Assembly: GCF_035084215.1 (NCBI RefSeq) | Contig: NC_090332.1 | Location: forward strand, 1,860,001-1,924,000 | Reading direction: 5' to 3' | Length of the DNA: 64,000 nt | From: Heptranchias perlo | Lineage: Eukaryota | Part shown: piece by piece, positions 1 to 11,854 of the stretch | How the letters are laid out: every line of letters starts with the position of its first letter | Position numbering within the stretch: the stretch's first letter is position 1 | Program-made: the position numbers and the translations under genes | Notes under the pieces: model-generated | Told to the model about the DNA's origin: nothing | Database searches by the model: none | The model's input: only the letters and a program-made list of their open reading frames with translations

Positions 1-182
1 CTCAACCAACTGGTCATTTGTCTGAATGCTGTTTGTGGGATCTTGCTGTGCACAAATTGGCTGCTGTGTTTCCGACTTAACAACAGTGACTACATTTCAA
101 AAGTATTTAATTGGCTGAGCAGTACTTTGGCCGTTCTGAGGTTGAGAAAGGAGCATTTTAAATGCAAGTTCATTCTTATTTA
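1..182 (+). mobile_element. 3' part of a Deu-domain-type (SacSINE1-like) SINE
   Basis: 'tgctgtttgtgggatcttgctgtgcacaaattggctgctgtgtttcc...acaacagtgactaca..tcaaaagta..attggctg...aaatgcaagt' resembles the Deu-SINE core and L2-like tail common in sharks; recognised from memory, not searched. Confidence 0.6.
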
Positions 183-1316
183 TTTACCATCACCAGTAAA
201 AAACTGAAACAAAAAGTGTCCTTTAAATTTGATGATTTCCTTATAATTTTAATCTCATCAATTTATTGCCCCGATTTTAACTTGGGGCAGGAGTGGACGG
301 GCGGGCCGAGCCACAAGCTTGGCGCAGGACTGGGTGCGGTGGGGTATGGTGGGACGGGGGTTGGGACCGGGGGCGTGGGGCAGGTGGCTGCAAGAGGCCG
401 CTGCCATTTTAACCCCTGGGCCTCGTCACCTGATGATTTTAATCGGACTCCCTGCACGATGCTGGTGGCAACGACACGACGGCTGGCGGACGAGCAGGAA
501 ACTGGCGCAGTATCAGGCTGCCGCCAGGGACCCGAGGATATGGTCCCCAGCAAGTTCAGTGATGAGGGGGAGGGCGATCAATTTACGGGAAGGGGAAGGG
601 AAGCCCAGGGCCGAGGAGGGCCAAGGATTCCTTGTGGGGCTGGGGAGCACTCCTGCCACGGAGGGATTTGAACACAAGGATGAGAATTTTATCTTCGAGG
701 TGTTGTGGGACCGGGAGCCGTTGTCGGTCAGGGAGCACAGGGGTGAACGAGACTTAGTGCGGGATTGGTGCCTGTTGTAAAAGGTGCCCGTTCATGGTGT
801 ATCTGGAGTTAGATTCTCAGTCAAAGGACCTGGACCCTGTAACGTTGTCTTCAACTCCTTCAACTCCTATTTTTGTATTTCAAATATCCTTAACCCTTCC
901 AAGATTAAATGTTTTTGGCTTGAAGGATAGAATCCCAGTGGACTGGAGAACTGTACAGGACTCGGAGAAGCCTGCTTCAATGGCCAGGAGGCACTTCTGT
1001 ACAAACACCATGGATTAGCAAAATGAATCCTCTAAAACCAGCAGAAATGTTTCAAGAGCACCGACAGAGTGAAAAGTCATGAGGGAAAACAACAAGGAAG
1101 TGAAAGTAAATCCATGGAAACCAACAAAGAAACAGAGAACAAGAGAGGGCTTCTTTTAGCGATTCTTACCCTCTCTCGGCAACTCTCAGGGCCCTGCCTC
1201 TATCAATATGCTCAGGGCCCTGTCTCTATCAATATGCTCAGGGCCCTGTCTCTATATGAATGTGCTCAGGGCCCAGTCTCTATCAATATGCTCAGGGCCC
1301 TGTCTCTATATCAATA

Positions 1317-1561
1317 GTAAACAATTTTACAACACCAAGTTATAGTCCAGCAATTTTATTTTAAATTCACAAGCTTTCGGAGGCTTCCTCCTTCGTCAGG
1401 TGCACGATGTGGAAAATCGTTCACCTGACGAAGGTTTTCCACATCGTTCACCTGATCCGAAAGCTTGTGAATTTAAAATAAAATTGCTGGACTATAACTT
1501 GGTGTTGTAAAATTGTTTACAATTGTCAACCCCAGTCCATCACCGGCATCTCCACATCACA
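1317..1561. mobile_element. Penelope-like element terminal (pLTR) insertion with an inverted 5' copy
   Basis: Perfect 65-bp inverted repeat (1317-1381 vs 1456-1520); tail 'aattgtcaaccccagtccatcaccggcatctccacatca'; 12-bp flanking direct repeat TCTATATCAATA (1305-1316, 1562-1573); hammerhead core motifs; absent from duplication copy B. Confidence 0.75.
1366..1404 (-). ncRNA. Minimal type I hammerhead ribozyme-like motif
   Basis: Minus strand reads UGCAC-CUGACGA-A-GGAGG-AAG-CCUCC-GAAA-GCUU-GUGAA: conserved CUGANGA and GAAA boxes, 5-bp stem II, palindromic AAGCUU stem III region, CAC/GUG stem I. Confidence 0.65.
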
Positions 1562-3756
1562 TCTATATCAATATGCTCAGGGCCCTGTCTCTATCAATGT
1601 GCTCAGGGCCCTGTCTCTATACCAATATGCTCAGGGCCCTGTCTCTATATCAATATGCTCAGGGCCCTGTCTCTCTATCAATATGCTCAGGGCCCTGTCT
1701 CTCTATCAATATGCTCAGGGCCCTGTCTCTATACCAATATGCTCAGGGCCCTGTCTCTATACCAATGTGCTCAGGGCCCTGTCTCTATCAATATGCTCAG
1801 GGCCCTGTCTCTATACCAATATGCTCAGGGCCCTGTCTCTATACCAATGTGCTCAGGGCCCTGTCTCTATCAATATGCTCAGGGCCCTGTCTCTATCAAT
1901 ATGCTCAGGGCCCTGTCTCTATCAATATGCTCAGGGCCCTGTCTCTATACCAATGTGCTCAGGGCCCTGTCTCTATCAATATGCTCAGGGCCCTGTCTCT
2001 ATACCAATGTGCTCAGGGCCCTGTCTCTATCAATATGCTCAGGGCCCTGTCTCTATCAATGTGCTCAGGGCCCTGTCTCTCTATCAATGTGCTCAGGGCC
2101 CTGTCTCTCTATCAATGTGCTCAGGGCCCTGTCTCTCTATCAATATGCTCAGGGCCCTGTCTCTATCAATATGCTCAGGGCCCTGTCTCTCTATCAATAT
2201 GCTCAGGGCCCTGTCTCTATCAATGTGCTCAGGGCCCTGTCTCTATCAATATGCTCAGGGCCCTGTCTCTATCAATATGCTCAGGGCCCTGTCTCTATCA
2301 ATATGCTCAGGGCCCTGTCTCTCTATCAATATGCTCAGGGCCCTGTCTCTATCAATGTGCTCAGGGCCCTGTCTCTATCAATATGCTCAGGGCCCTGTCT
2401 CTATCAATATGCTCAGGGCCCTGTCTCTATCAATGTGCTCAGGGCCCTGTCTCTATCAATATGCTCAGGGCCCTGTCTCTCTATCAATATGCTCAGGGCC
2501 CTGTCTCTATCAATATGCTCAGGGCCCTGTCTCTCTATCAATATGCTCAGGGCCCGACGCTCTCACTCCCTCGCTCCACACTCTTGAGGCTCTCACCTTC
2601 TCAGAAAGGAAGACTAAATTTTCTCAACAGGTCAGTTAATTTGTCCTCTGTTCAGAGTACTGTCTTAATACTAATGTCCCCCAAGTCACAGACCAGAAGC
2701 ACATGATTGCGACCTGTTGCTTGTTGTATAAAATGCAACTTTTCCAAACACACACTGTAATCACTCTAAATCAGTTTTATTATTGTGCTCTGGTAGGTTG
2801 GGTCCAGCTATCGCTGCACTGCTGTAATGGTGGAATCAAATGTATTTTTCTGATTTTGATGGCTCTGTATTAACTTTGAATATACAGTAGTTTAATAAAA
2901 TATTTGACATTGCAGTGGGGCCCATTGTGATTTAGTTATTTGCTGATAAATCTTCTTCACGTATCTGGGTATTCTAAACGATCTTCCCACTCGAACCATT
3001 GCTTGAAATTAATTTTTTTCGTAACAGCTGTTTTAAACCAGGCTGACACAGTAGTTTGAAGTTTGCAATACTGCACACGAAGATTGCAACATCAGACTAC
3101 AGAATCTGTTGAAAGGTCTGCACCAAACATTTCAGAGTCCATTTTTACTCACCAGCATTTGCAAGAAAGATTTTTTCGATCTTGTTTAAAGTCTGGAGAC
3201 TGAGAATGAAATGTTGACCAGGCAGAATCACTGGACTTTCAGGGGCAGAAACAGAACTTCAGGGAGAGAGAGCACGGACAGTTTCCCTGTTTGGAAGCCC
3301 AGAGCATCCTCCGCACTCCACAGTGGCTGACAGAGGTTGCACAACATGCCAATTCGCTCTTCACCATCCAAAGACACGCATCAAATCCCCAACAATGTTG
3401 TTTGGCCCTGCGGTGACCCACCAATAACTCTCACCAGATAGATGGGCAAAGTGTTTACTTGCACCCTGTTCCACATTGACTATTGTCCCATGCAAAGCAC
3501 TCACAGCTGACAGCTGCTTGAATGTTTAAGTGTGAGTGTGTAAGTGAGTGAGTGTGTGTGTGTGTGTGTGGACATTGGGTGAGAATAGGACGATGATCAG
3601 CTATAATGCCCCACCTCCAAAGTTGAATAGCCTGACACTGCCTGGCCTGGGCACACATGGAGAATGGTGATTTCAGAAGGTACCATGGAAGGTCTTCCAA
3701 AATCAAGACAACCAATCCCCAGTAACATTCAGCACCTTCAGGAACGATTAGGAAAA

Positions 3757-4232
3757 GATAAGAACATAAGAAATAGGAGCAGGAGTACGCCACACAGCCT
3801 CGAGCCTACTCTGCCATTCAATAAGATCATGGCTGATCTTTAACCTCAACTCTATTTTTCTGCCCGATCCGCATCTCCCTTGATTCCCCTTGAGTCCAAG
3901 AATCTATCCATCTCAGCCTTGAACATATTCAACGACTCAGCATCCACAGCCCATTGGAGTAGAGAATTCCAAAGATTCACAACCCTCTGTGTAAGGAAAT
4001 TCCTCTTTGTTTCAGTCTTAAATGGCTGACCCCTTATCCTGCGACTATGCCCCCTAGTTCTAGATTCTCTAGCCAGGGGAAACAACCTCTCAGCATCTAC
4101 CCTGTCAAGCCCCCTCAGAATCTGGTAGGTTTCAATGAGATCACCTCTCATTCTTCTAAACTCCAGAGAGTATAGGCCCATTCTACTCAACCTCTCCTCA
4201 TAGGACAGCCCTCTCTTCCCAGGAATTAATCT
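3757..4232 (-). mobile_element. CR1-type LINE 3' fragment
   Basis: ORF 3852-4259 (LSYEERLSRMGLYSLEFRRMRGDLIETY...RTRGHS...FLTQRVVNLWNSL) matches the CR1 ORF2 C-terminus; 'taagaacataagaa' terminal microsatellite. Confidence 0.9.
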
Positions 4233-4984
4233 ATGCATTCCAGCAATCAACATATGCAACAGTCAGTTGTAATCCCCAACTGTTGCTACAAAACAGCGGT
4301 CTGCCACTCAATTGTCACTGAGCCAACTGGACCATTGCTTAGTCTTGTTGACTAAACACTGATTGAGCAATTGTTGAGCACTCAACCACAGAGAGATTAG
4401 TCCATCCGCTGCAGAAATCTATGGCAATAACAGCATCAAGAAAATCAGGAAGAATGAGGAATTAGATTAGTGGTCTGTGTACTTCTCTTTTTTTTGTCAA
4501 ATTTACAACCTGATCTCTCATTTTAAATATTCCTTTCACCAAAACTCTTACAGATAAGAGGCATGTTCACTAATTAATTTTTATTTACTTAAATTACAGT
4601 GTAGACTTTATGAATTGGCAGTCCCAGACAGAGTAGTCCCTAGCTGGGAGTTAGAGGATGCTCACCTGTTTACAGTTCATTGGCTTCCTGTAATGAACAA
4701 GATTGAAGGTTATAAAGATCGGCACAGAAAACAATCCCTTTTAAATTCCAGCACTGTTGGGAAAGCAGATCAGGAATTCAGGCACTGAGGTCAGTGAGAA
4801 TTCCCTTAGTGGTTCATACTAAGAATATTGCACATTTGGAGGATATGATTGTTATGGGAAATATTGCCCATGTGGGAGATATGGTTCATATGGGAGAACA
4901 GAGCTCCTACAGAGGTTATGATTCCCATGTGGGATATGCTCCATATAGTGATATGGATCATGTGGGCTCTTATAGGGATACATG

Positions 4985-5140
4985 ATTGAACTTTCCGTGA
5001 GGGTTCTCTGGGGGGAGATTGATGGAGCCCTTGGATAAATGGTAAAACTGGCCAGAAATGGCATTTACTCCATTTCTCCGGGGAATTTGTTGATTTCCCG
5101 CTGAAGTTACGGCAGAAGATCCCTGTGGAAATTCAGAGCC
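4985..5140. mobile_element. Degenerate MITE-like element (paralogue at ~35345-35500; same family at 16320-16466)
   Basis: Imperfect terminal inverted repeats (tgaactttccgtgagggttctct / agaagatccctgtggaaattca); internal 'gcatttactccatttctc' resembles 16400-16420. Confidence 0.45.
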
Positions 5141-5171
5141 AGGGTTCTTTTGGGGAAGCATCGTCCTTACA

Positions 5172-8100
5172 TGAGATACAGTGTATGTATGGAATATGGT
5201 TCCGATAGGAGATACAGTGTATGTAGGGAATATGGTTCCTATAGGAGATACAGTGTATGTAGGGAATATGGTTCCTATAGGAGATACATTGTATGTAGGG
5301 AACATGGTTCCTATAGGAGATACAGTGTATGTAGGGAATATGGTCCCTATAGGAGATACAGTGTATGTAGGGAATATGGTTCCTATAGGAGATACAGTGT
5401 ATGTAGGGAATATGGTCCCTATAGGAGGTACAGTGTATGCAGGGAATATGGTTCCTATAGGAGATACATTGTATGTAGGGAACATGGTTCCTATAGGAGG
5501 TACAGTGTATGTAGGGAATATGGTTCCTATGGGAGATACAGTGTATGTAGGGAATATGGTCCCTATAGGAGATACAGTGTATGTAGGGAATATGGTTCCT
5601 ATAAGAGATACAGTGTATGTAGGGAATATGGTTCCTATAGGAGATACAGTGTATGGAGGGAATATGGTTCCTATAAGAGATACAGTGTATGTAGGGAATA
5701 TGGTTCCTATAGGAGATACAGTGTATGTAGGGAATATGGTTCCTATAGGAGATACAGTGTATGTAGGGAATATGGTTCCTATAGGAGATACAGTGTATGG
5801 AGGGAATATGGTCCCTATAGGAGATACAGTGTATGTAGGGAATATGGTTCCTATAGGAGATACAGTGTATGTAGGGAATATGGTCCCTATAGGAGATACA
5901 GTGTATGTAGGGAATATGGTTCCTATAGGAGATACAGTGTATGCAGGGAATATGGTTCCTATAGGAGATACAGTGTATGGAGGGAATATGGTCCCTATAG
6001 GAGATACATTGTATGTAGGGAATATGGTTCCTATAGGAGATACAGTGTATGTAGGGAATATGGTTCCTATAGGAGATACAGTGTATGGAGGGAATATGGT
6101 CCCTAAAGGAGATACAGTGTATGGAGGGAATATGGTTCCTATAGGAGATAGAGTGTATGTAGGGAATATGGTTCCTATAGGAGATACAGTGTATGTAGGG
6201 AATATGGTTCCTATAGGAGATACATTGTATGTAGGGAATATGGTTCCTATAGGAGATACAGTGTATGTAGTGAACATGGTTCCTATAGGAGATACAGTGT
6301 ATGTAGGGAATATGGTTCCTATAGGAGATACATTGTATGTAGGGAATATGGTTCCTATAGGAGATACAGTGCATGTAGGGAATATGGTTCCTATAGGAGA
6401 TACAGTGTATGTAGGGAATATGGTTCCTATAGGAGATACAGTGTATGCAGGGAATATGGTTCCTATAGGAGATACAGTGTATGGAGGGAATATGGTCCCT
6501 ATAGGAGATACATTGTATGTAGGGAATATGGTTCCTATAGGAGATACAGTGTATGTAGTGAACATGGTTCCTATAGGAGATACAGTGTATGTAGGGAATA
6601 TGGTTCCTATAGGAGATACATTGTATGTAGGGAATATGGTTCCTATAGGAGATACAGTGCATGTAGGGAATATGGTTCCTATAGGAGATACAGTGTATGT
6701 AGGGAATATGGTTCCTATAGGAGATACAGTGTATGTAGGGAATATGGTTCCTATAGGAGATACATTGTATGTAGGGAATATGGTTCCGATAGGAGATACA
6801 GTGTATGCAGGGAATATGGTTCCTATAAGAGATACAGTGTATGTAGGGAATATGGTTCCTATAGGAGATACATTGTATGTCGGGAATATGGTCCCTATAG
6901 GAGATACAGTGTATGTAGGGAATATGGTTCCTATAGGAGATACAGTGTATGTAGGGAATATGGTTCCTATAGGAGATACAGTGTATGTAGGGAATATGGT
7001 TCCTATAGGAGATACAGTGTATGTAGGGAATATGGTTCCTATAGGAGATACAGTGTATGTAGGGAATATGGTTCCTATAGGAGATACAGTGTATGGAGGG
7101 AATATTGTTCCTATAAGAGATACAGTGTATGTAGGGAATATGGTTCCGATAGGAGATACATTGTATGTCGGGAATATGGTCCCTATAGGAGATACAGTGT
7201 ATGTAGGGAATATGGTTCCTATAGGAGATACAGTGTATGTAGGGAATATGGTTCCTATAGGAGATACAGTGTATGTAGGGAATATGGTTCCTATAGGAGA
7301 TACAATGTATGGAGGGAATATGGTTCCTATAGGAGATACATTGTATGTAGGGAATATGGTTCCTATAGGAGATACAATGTATGTAGGGAATATGGTTCCT
7401 ATAGGAGATACAATGTATGTAGGGAATATGGTTCCTATAGGAGATACATTGTATGGAGGGAATATGGTTCCTATAGGAGATACAGTGTATGTAGGGAATA
7501 TGGTTCCTATAGGAGATACAGTGTATGTAGGGAATATGGTTCCTATAGGAGATACATTGTATGTAGGGAATATGGTTCCTATAGGAGATACAGTGTATGT
7601 CGGGAATATGGTTCCTATAGGAGATACATTGTATGTAGGGAATATGGTTCCTATAGGAGATACAATGTATGTAGGGAATATGGTTCCTATAGGAGATACA
7701 ATGTATGTAGGGAATATGGTCCCTATAGGAAATACAGTGTATGTAGGGAATATGGTCCCTATAGGAGATACAGTGTATGTAGGGAATACTGTTCCTATAG
7801 GAGATACAGTGTATGTAGGGAACACTGTTCCTATAGGAGGTACAGTGTATGTAGGGAATATGGTCCCTATAGGAGGTACAGTGTATGTAGGGAATATGGT
7901 CCCTGTAGGAGATACAGTGTATGTAGGGAACATGGTTCCTATAGGAGATACAGTGTATGTAGGGAATATGGTCCCTGTAGGAGATACAGTGTATGTGGGG
8001 AATATGGTTCCTATAGGAGATGCAGTGTATGTAGGGAATATGGTTCCTATAGGAGATACAGTGTATGTAGGGAATATGGTTCCTATAGGAGATACAGTGT

Positions 8101-10676
8101 ATGCAGGGAATATGGTTCCTATAGGAGATACAGTGTATGTAGGGAATATGGTCCCTATAGGAGATACAGTGTATGTAGGGAATATGGTTCCTATAGGAGA
8201 TACTGTGTATGTATGGAATATGGTTCCTATAGGAGATACAGTGTATGTCGGGAATACTGTTCCTATAAGAGATACAGTGTATGTAGGGAATATGGTTCCT
8301 ATAGGAGATACAGTGTATTTAGTGAACATGGTTCCGATAGGAGATACAGTGTATGCAGGGAATATGGTTCCTATAGGAGATACAGTGTATGTAGTGAACA
8401 TGGTTCCTATAGGAGATACAGTGTATGCAGGGAATATGGTTCCTATAGGAGATACAGTGTATGTAGGGAATATGGTTCCGATAGGAGATACAGTGTATGT
8501 AGGGAATATGGTTCCTATAGGAGATACAGTGTATGTAGGGAATACGGTTCCTATAGGAAATACAGTGTATGTAGGGAATATGGTCCCTATAGGAGATACA
8601 GTGTATGTAGGGAATATGGTTCCTATAGGAGATACAGTGTATGTAGGGAATATGGTCCCTATAGGAGATACAGTGTATGTAGGGAATATGGTTCCTATAG
8701 GAGATACAGTGTATGTAGGGAATATGGTCCCTATAGGAGATACAGTGTATGTAGGGAATATGGTTCCTATAGGAGATACAGTGTATGTAGTGAACATGGT
8801 TCCTATAGGAGATACAGTGTATGTAGGGAATATGGTTCCTATAGGAGATACAGTGTATGCAGGGAATATGGTCCCTATAGGAGATACAGTGTATGCAGGG
8901 AATATGGTCCCTATAGGAGATACAGTGTATGTAGGGAATATGGTTCCTATAGGAGATACAGTGTATGTAGGGAATATGGTCCCTATAGGAGATACAGTGT
9001 ATGTAGGGAATATGGTTCCTATAGGAGATACAGTGTATGTAGGGAATATGGATCCTATAGGAGATACAGTGTATGTAGTGAACATGGTTCCTATAGGAGA
9101 TACAGTGTATGTAGTGAACATGGTTCCTATAGGAGATACAGTGTATGTAGTGAACATGGTTACGATAGGAGATACAGTGTATGTAGGGAATATGATTCCT
9201 ATAGGAGGTACAGTGTATGGAGGGAATATAGTTCCTATAGGAGATACAGTGTATGTAGGGAATATTGTTCCTATAAGAGATACAGTGTATGTAGGGAATA
9301 TGGTTCCTATAGGAGATACAGTGTATGTAGGGAATATGGTTCCTATAGGAGATACAGTGTATGTAGGGAATATGGTTCCTATAGGAGATACAGTGTATGT
9401 AGGGAATATGGTTCCTATAGGAGATACAGTGTATGTAGGGAATATAGTTCCTATAGGAGATACAGTGTATGTATGGAATATGGTTCCTATAGGAGATACA
9501 GTGTATGGAGGGAATATGGTTCCTATAGGAGATACAGTGTATGTAGTGAACATGGTTCCTATAGGAGATACAGTGTATGTAGGGAATATGGTTCCTATAG
9601 GAGATACATTGTATGTAGGGAATATGGTTCCTATAGGAGATACAGTGTATGTAGGGAATATGGTTCCTATAGGAGATACAGTGTATGTAGGGAATATGGT
9701 TCCTATAGGAGGTACAGTGTATGTAGGGAACATGGTTCCTATAGGAGATACAGTGTATGTCGGGAATATTGTTCCTATAGGAGATACATTGTATGTAGGG
9801 AATATGGTTCCTATAGGAGATACATTGTATGTAGGGAATATGGTTCCTATAGGAGATACATTGTATGTAGGGAATATGGTTCCTATAGGAGATACAGTGT
9901 ATGTAGGGAATATGGTTCCTATAGGAGATACAGTGTATGTCGGGAATATGGTTCCTATAGGAGGTACAGTGTATGTAGGGAACATGGTTCCTATAGGAGA
10001 TACAGTGTATGTCGGGAATATTGTTCCTATAGGAGATACAGTGTATGCAGGGAATATGGTTCCTATAGGAGATACAGTGTATGTAGGGAATATGGTTCCT
10101 ATAGGAGATACATTGTATGTAGGGAATATGGTTCCTATACGAGATACAGTGTATGGAGGGAATATGGTTCCTATAGGAGATACAGTGTATGTAGGGAATA
10201 TGGTTCCTATAGGAGATACAGTGTATGGAGGGAATATGGTTCCTATCGGAGATACAGTGTATGTAGGGAATATGGTTCCTATAGGAGGTACAGTGTATGT
10301 AGGGAACATGGTTCCTATAGGAGATACAGTGTATGTCGGGAATATTGTTCCTATAGGAGATACAGTGTATGTAGGGAATATGGTTCCTATAGGAGGTACA
10401 GTGTATGTCGGGAATATGGTTCCTATAGGAGGTACAGTGTATGGAGGGAATATGGTCCCTATAGGAGATACAGTGTATGTCGGGAATATGGTTCCTATGG
10501 GAGATACAGTGTATGGAGGGAATATGGTTCCTATAGGAGATACAGTGTATGGAGGGAATATGGTTCCTATAGGAGGTACAGTTTATGTAGGGAATATGGT
10601 TCCTATAGGAGATACAGTGTATGTGGGGAATATGGTTCCTTTCGGAGATACAGTGTATGCAGGGAATATGGTTCAT
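5172..10676. repeat. 36-bp satellite array A (GGAGATACAGTGTATGTAGGGAATATGGTTCCTATA), ~150 units
   Basis: Direct tandem repeats with 12-aa periodic translations. Confidence 0.98.
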
Positions 10677-11580
10677 TCTGCTTCAAATACCCTATGTAGT
10701 GATTAACTGTAATTGCGACAGGGCAGGTGAAAGACTGACACTCTTATATTTTGCTTACCAGTAACTAACTAGTAATGAGCAGGTGAAGGAGTTTACAAAC
10801 TTAAGTACAGATGAAGGAGGCCATTTGGCCCACCTAGCTCATTATCCCATAGAACCCTGAAATCCCAATCACAGTATCTAACTGCTTCTTGAATGGCTCC
10901 AGAGATTTTTGCTCCACTTCCCTACCCAGGGACTGTTCCAGGTATTAACCACCGTGTGTGTGAAGTGCCTCCTGACATCAGTCCAGCCATGTGCCTTTTC
11001 ACCAGTTTATACAGATGTCTCCTTGTTCTGAAGTCATGGTTTGACTTGGATAGCAGTCAGAATCAACTTTTTCTATTCCACTCAATAACCTAAATGTTCA
11101 CTTCAGACATAAGCTTCACCAGTCGTCTGGCTGTTCATGAAGACTATCCCCTGACCACACCTGTAATTCTGAGATTGGACTCGTAACATAATGCAGATGA
11201 GCTCCCGCATTGCAAATGCCTTTGCTTAGGAGCTTGCCCATTGCCATGTGGGAAATCAGGTGATTCTGCAGCAGATTAAATGGGCCGTGCCCGTAGTTTT
11301 TTGGCTTTTCAAGGCAGTGAGCTTCTTTGGCGGTTCTCAATCTTGGAGAGGAGTCCAGCAGTGTAGAGAGCATCCTCTTTTTCAGATGCCATAGAGATTC
11401 TGCTACAGGAAGTGAGGCTAAAGGGGCTCTGTTCAGGATGGAGGACCCCAGGCAAGCAGTACAATGAGACTGGCACAAGGTGGCTACCAGCGTACATGCC
11501 ATGAGTATCATCACACAGCTGGAAGCAATGCTGGAAGAAGTTTCATGATCCTAACAGGTTATGCAAGGTAGGAGAACCCA

Positions 11581-11650
11581 CTGGTACCTCAGTGGTAGCA
11601 CTCTTGCCTTCTGAGACAGAAGGTTCTACGATCAAGCAACCTAAGTCCCA
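11581..11650 (+). mobile_element. tRNA-derived SINE head fragment
   Basis: 'tggtacctcagtggtagcactcttgccttctgagacagaaggttc...tcaagc' has A-box/B-box-like motifs. Confidence 0.45.
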
Positions 11651-11854
11651 TTCTCTGGAATTTCCTCCCTAAATGTTCCACCTCCCCACCTCCCTCTCCT
11701 TCCTCTAAGACTCTCCTTAAAACCTATCTCTTTGACCAAACTGATGGCCACCCCTCCTAATATCTCCTTCCACACCTTGACAGCCACTTTTCCCCTTACG
11801 CCTCCGTGATGTACCTTTGGGCATTTTTCCACGTTAAAGGTGTTTCAGTAAACG

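Larger units (their letters stand above)
1186..2555. repeat. 26-bp minisatellite (TCAATATGCTCAGGGCCCTGTCTCTA, with 28-bp variants), interrupted at 1317-1561
   Basis: Direct tandem repeats; the 26-aa translation cycle equals 3 x 26 nt. Confidence 0.97.
251..10676 (+). repeat. Segmental duplication copy A (paralogous to 27880 onward)
   Basis: Near-identical sequence from 'aatc(t/a)catcaatttattgccccgatt' at 251 and 27880, colinear through the 26-bp array, unique spacer, CR1 fragment and into the 36-bp array; the right end of homology cannot be seen because copy B runs off the window. Confidence 0.95.

Noticed and set aside
162-780. GC-rich ORFs of 150-170 aa
   Set aside because: No recognisable domain, and the paralogous copy at 27890-28400 has frame-changing indels.
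1513-2706. ORFs in all three + frames of the 26-bp repeat (also 28745-31752)
   Set aside because: Unit length is not a multiple of 3 and frames interchange freely; this is a repeat artefact.
5172-10676. CRISPR-like appearance (36-bp repeat with internal palindrome)
   Set aside because: Units are head-to-tail with no unique spacers, there are no cas genes, and the context is vertebrate.
4970-10706. Giant repetitive ORFs (VGNMVPIGDTVY)n, (REYGSYRRYSVC)n and (TIFPTYTVSPIG)n, here and across 35500-63917
   Set aside because: The 36-bp unit lacks stops in 4 of 6 frames by chance. ORFs occur on both strands, variants hit all codon positions, and array B has frameshifting 35-bp units and stops.
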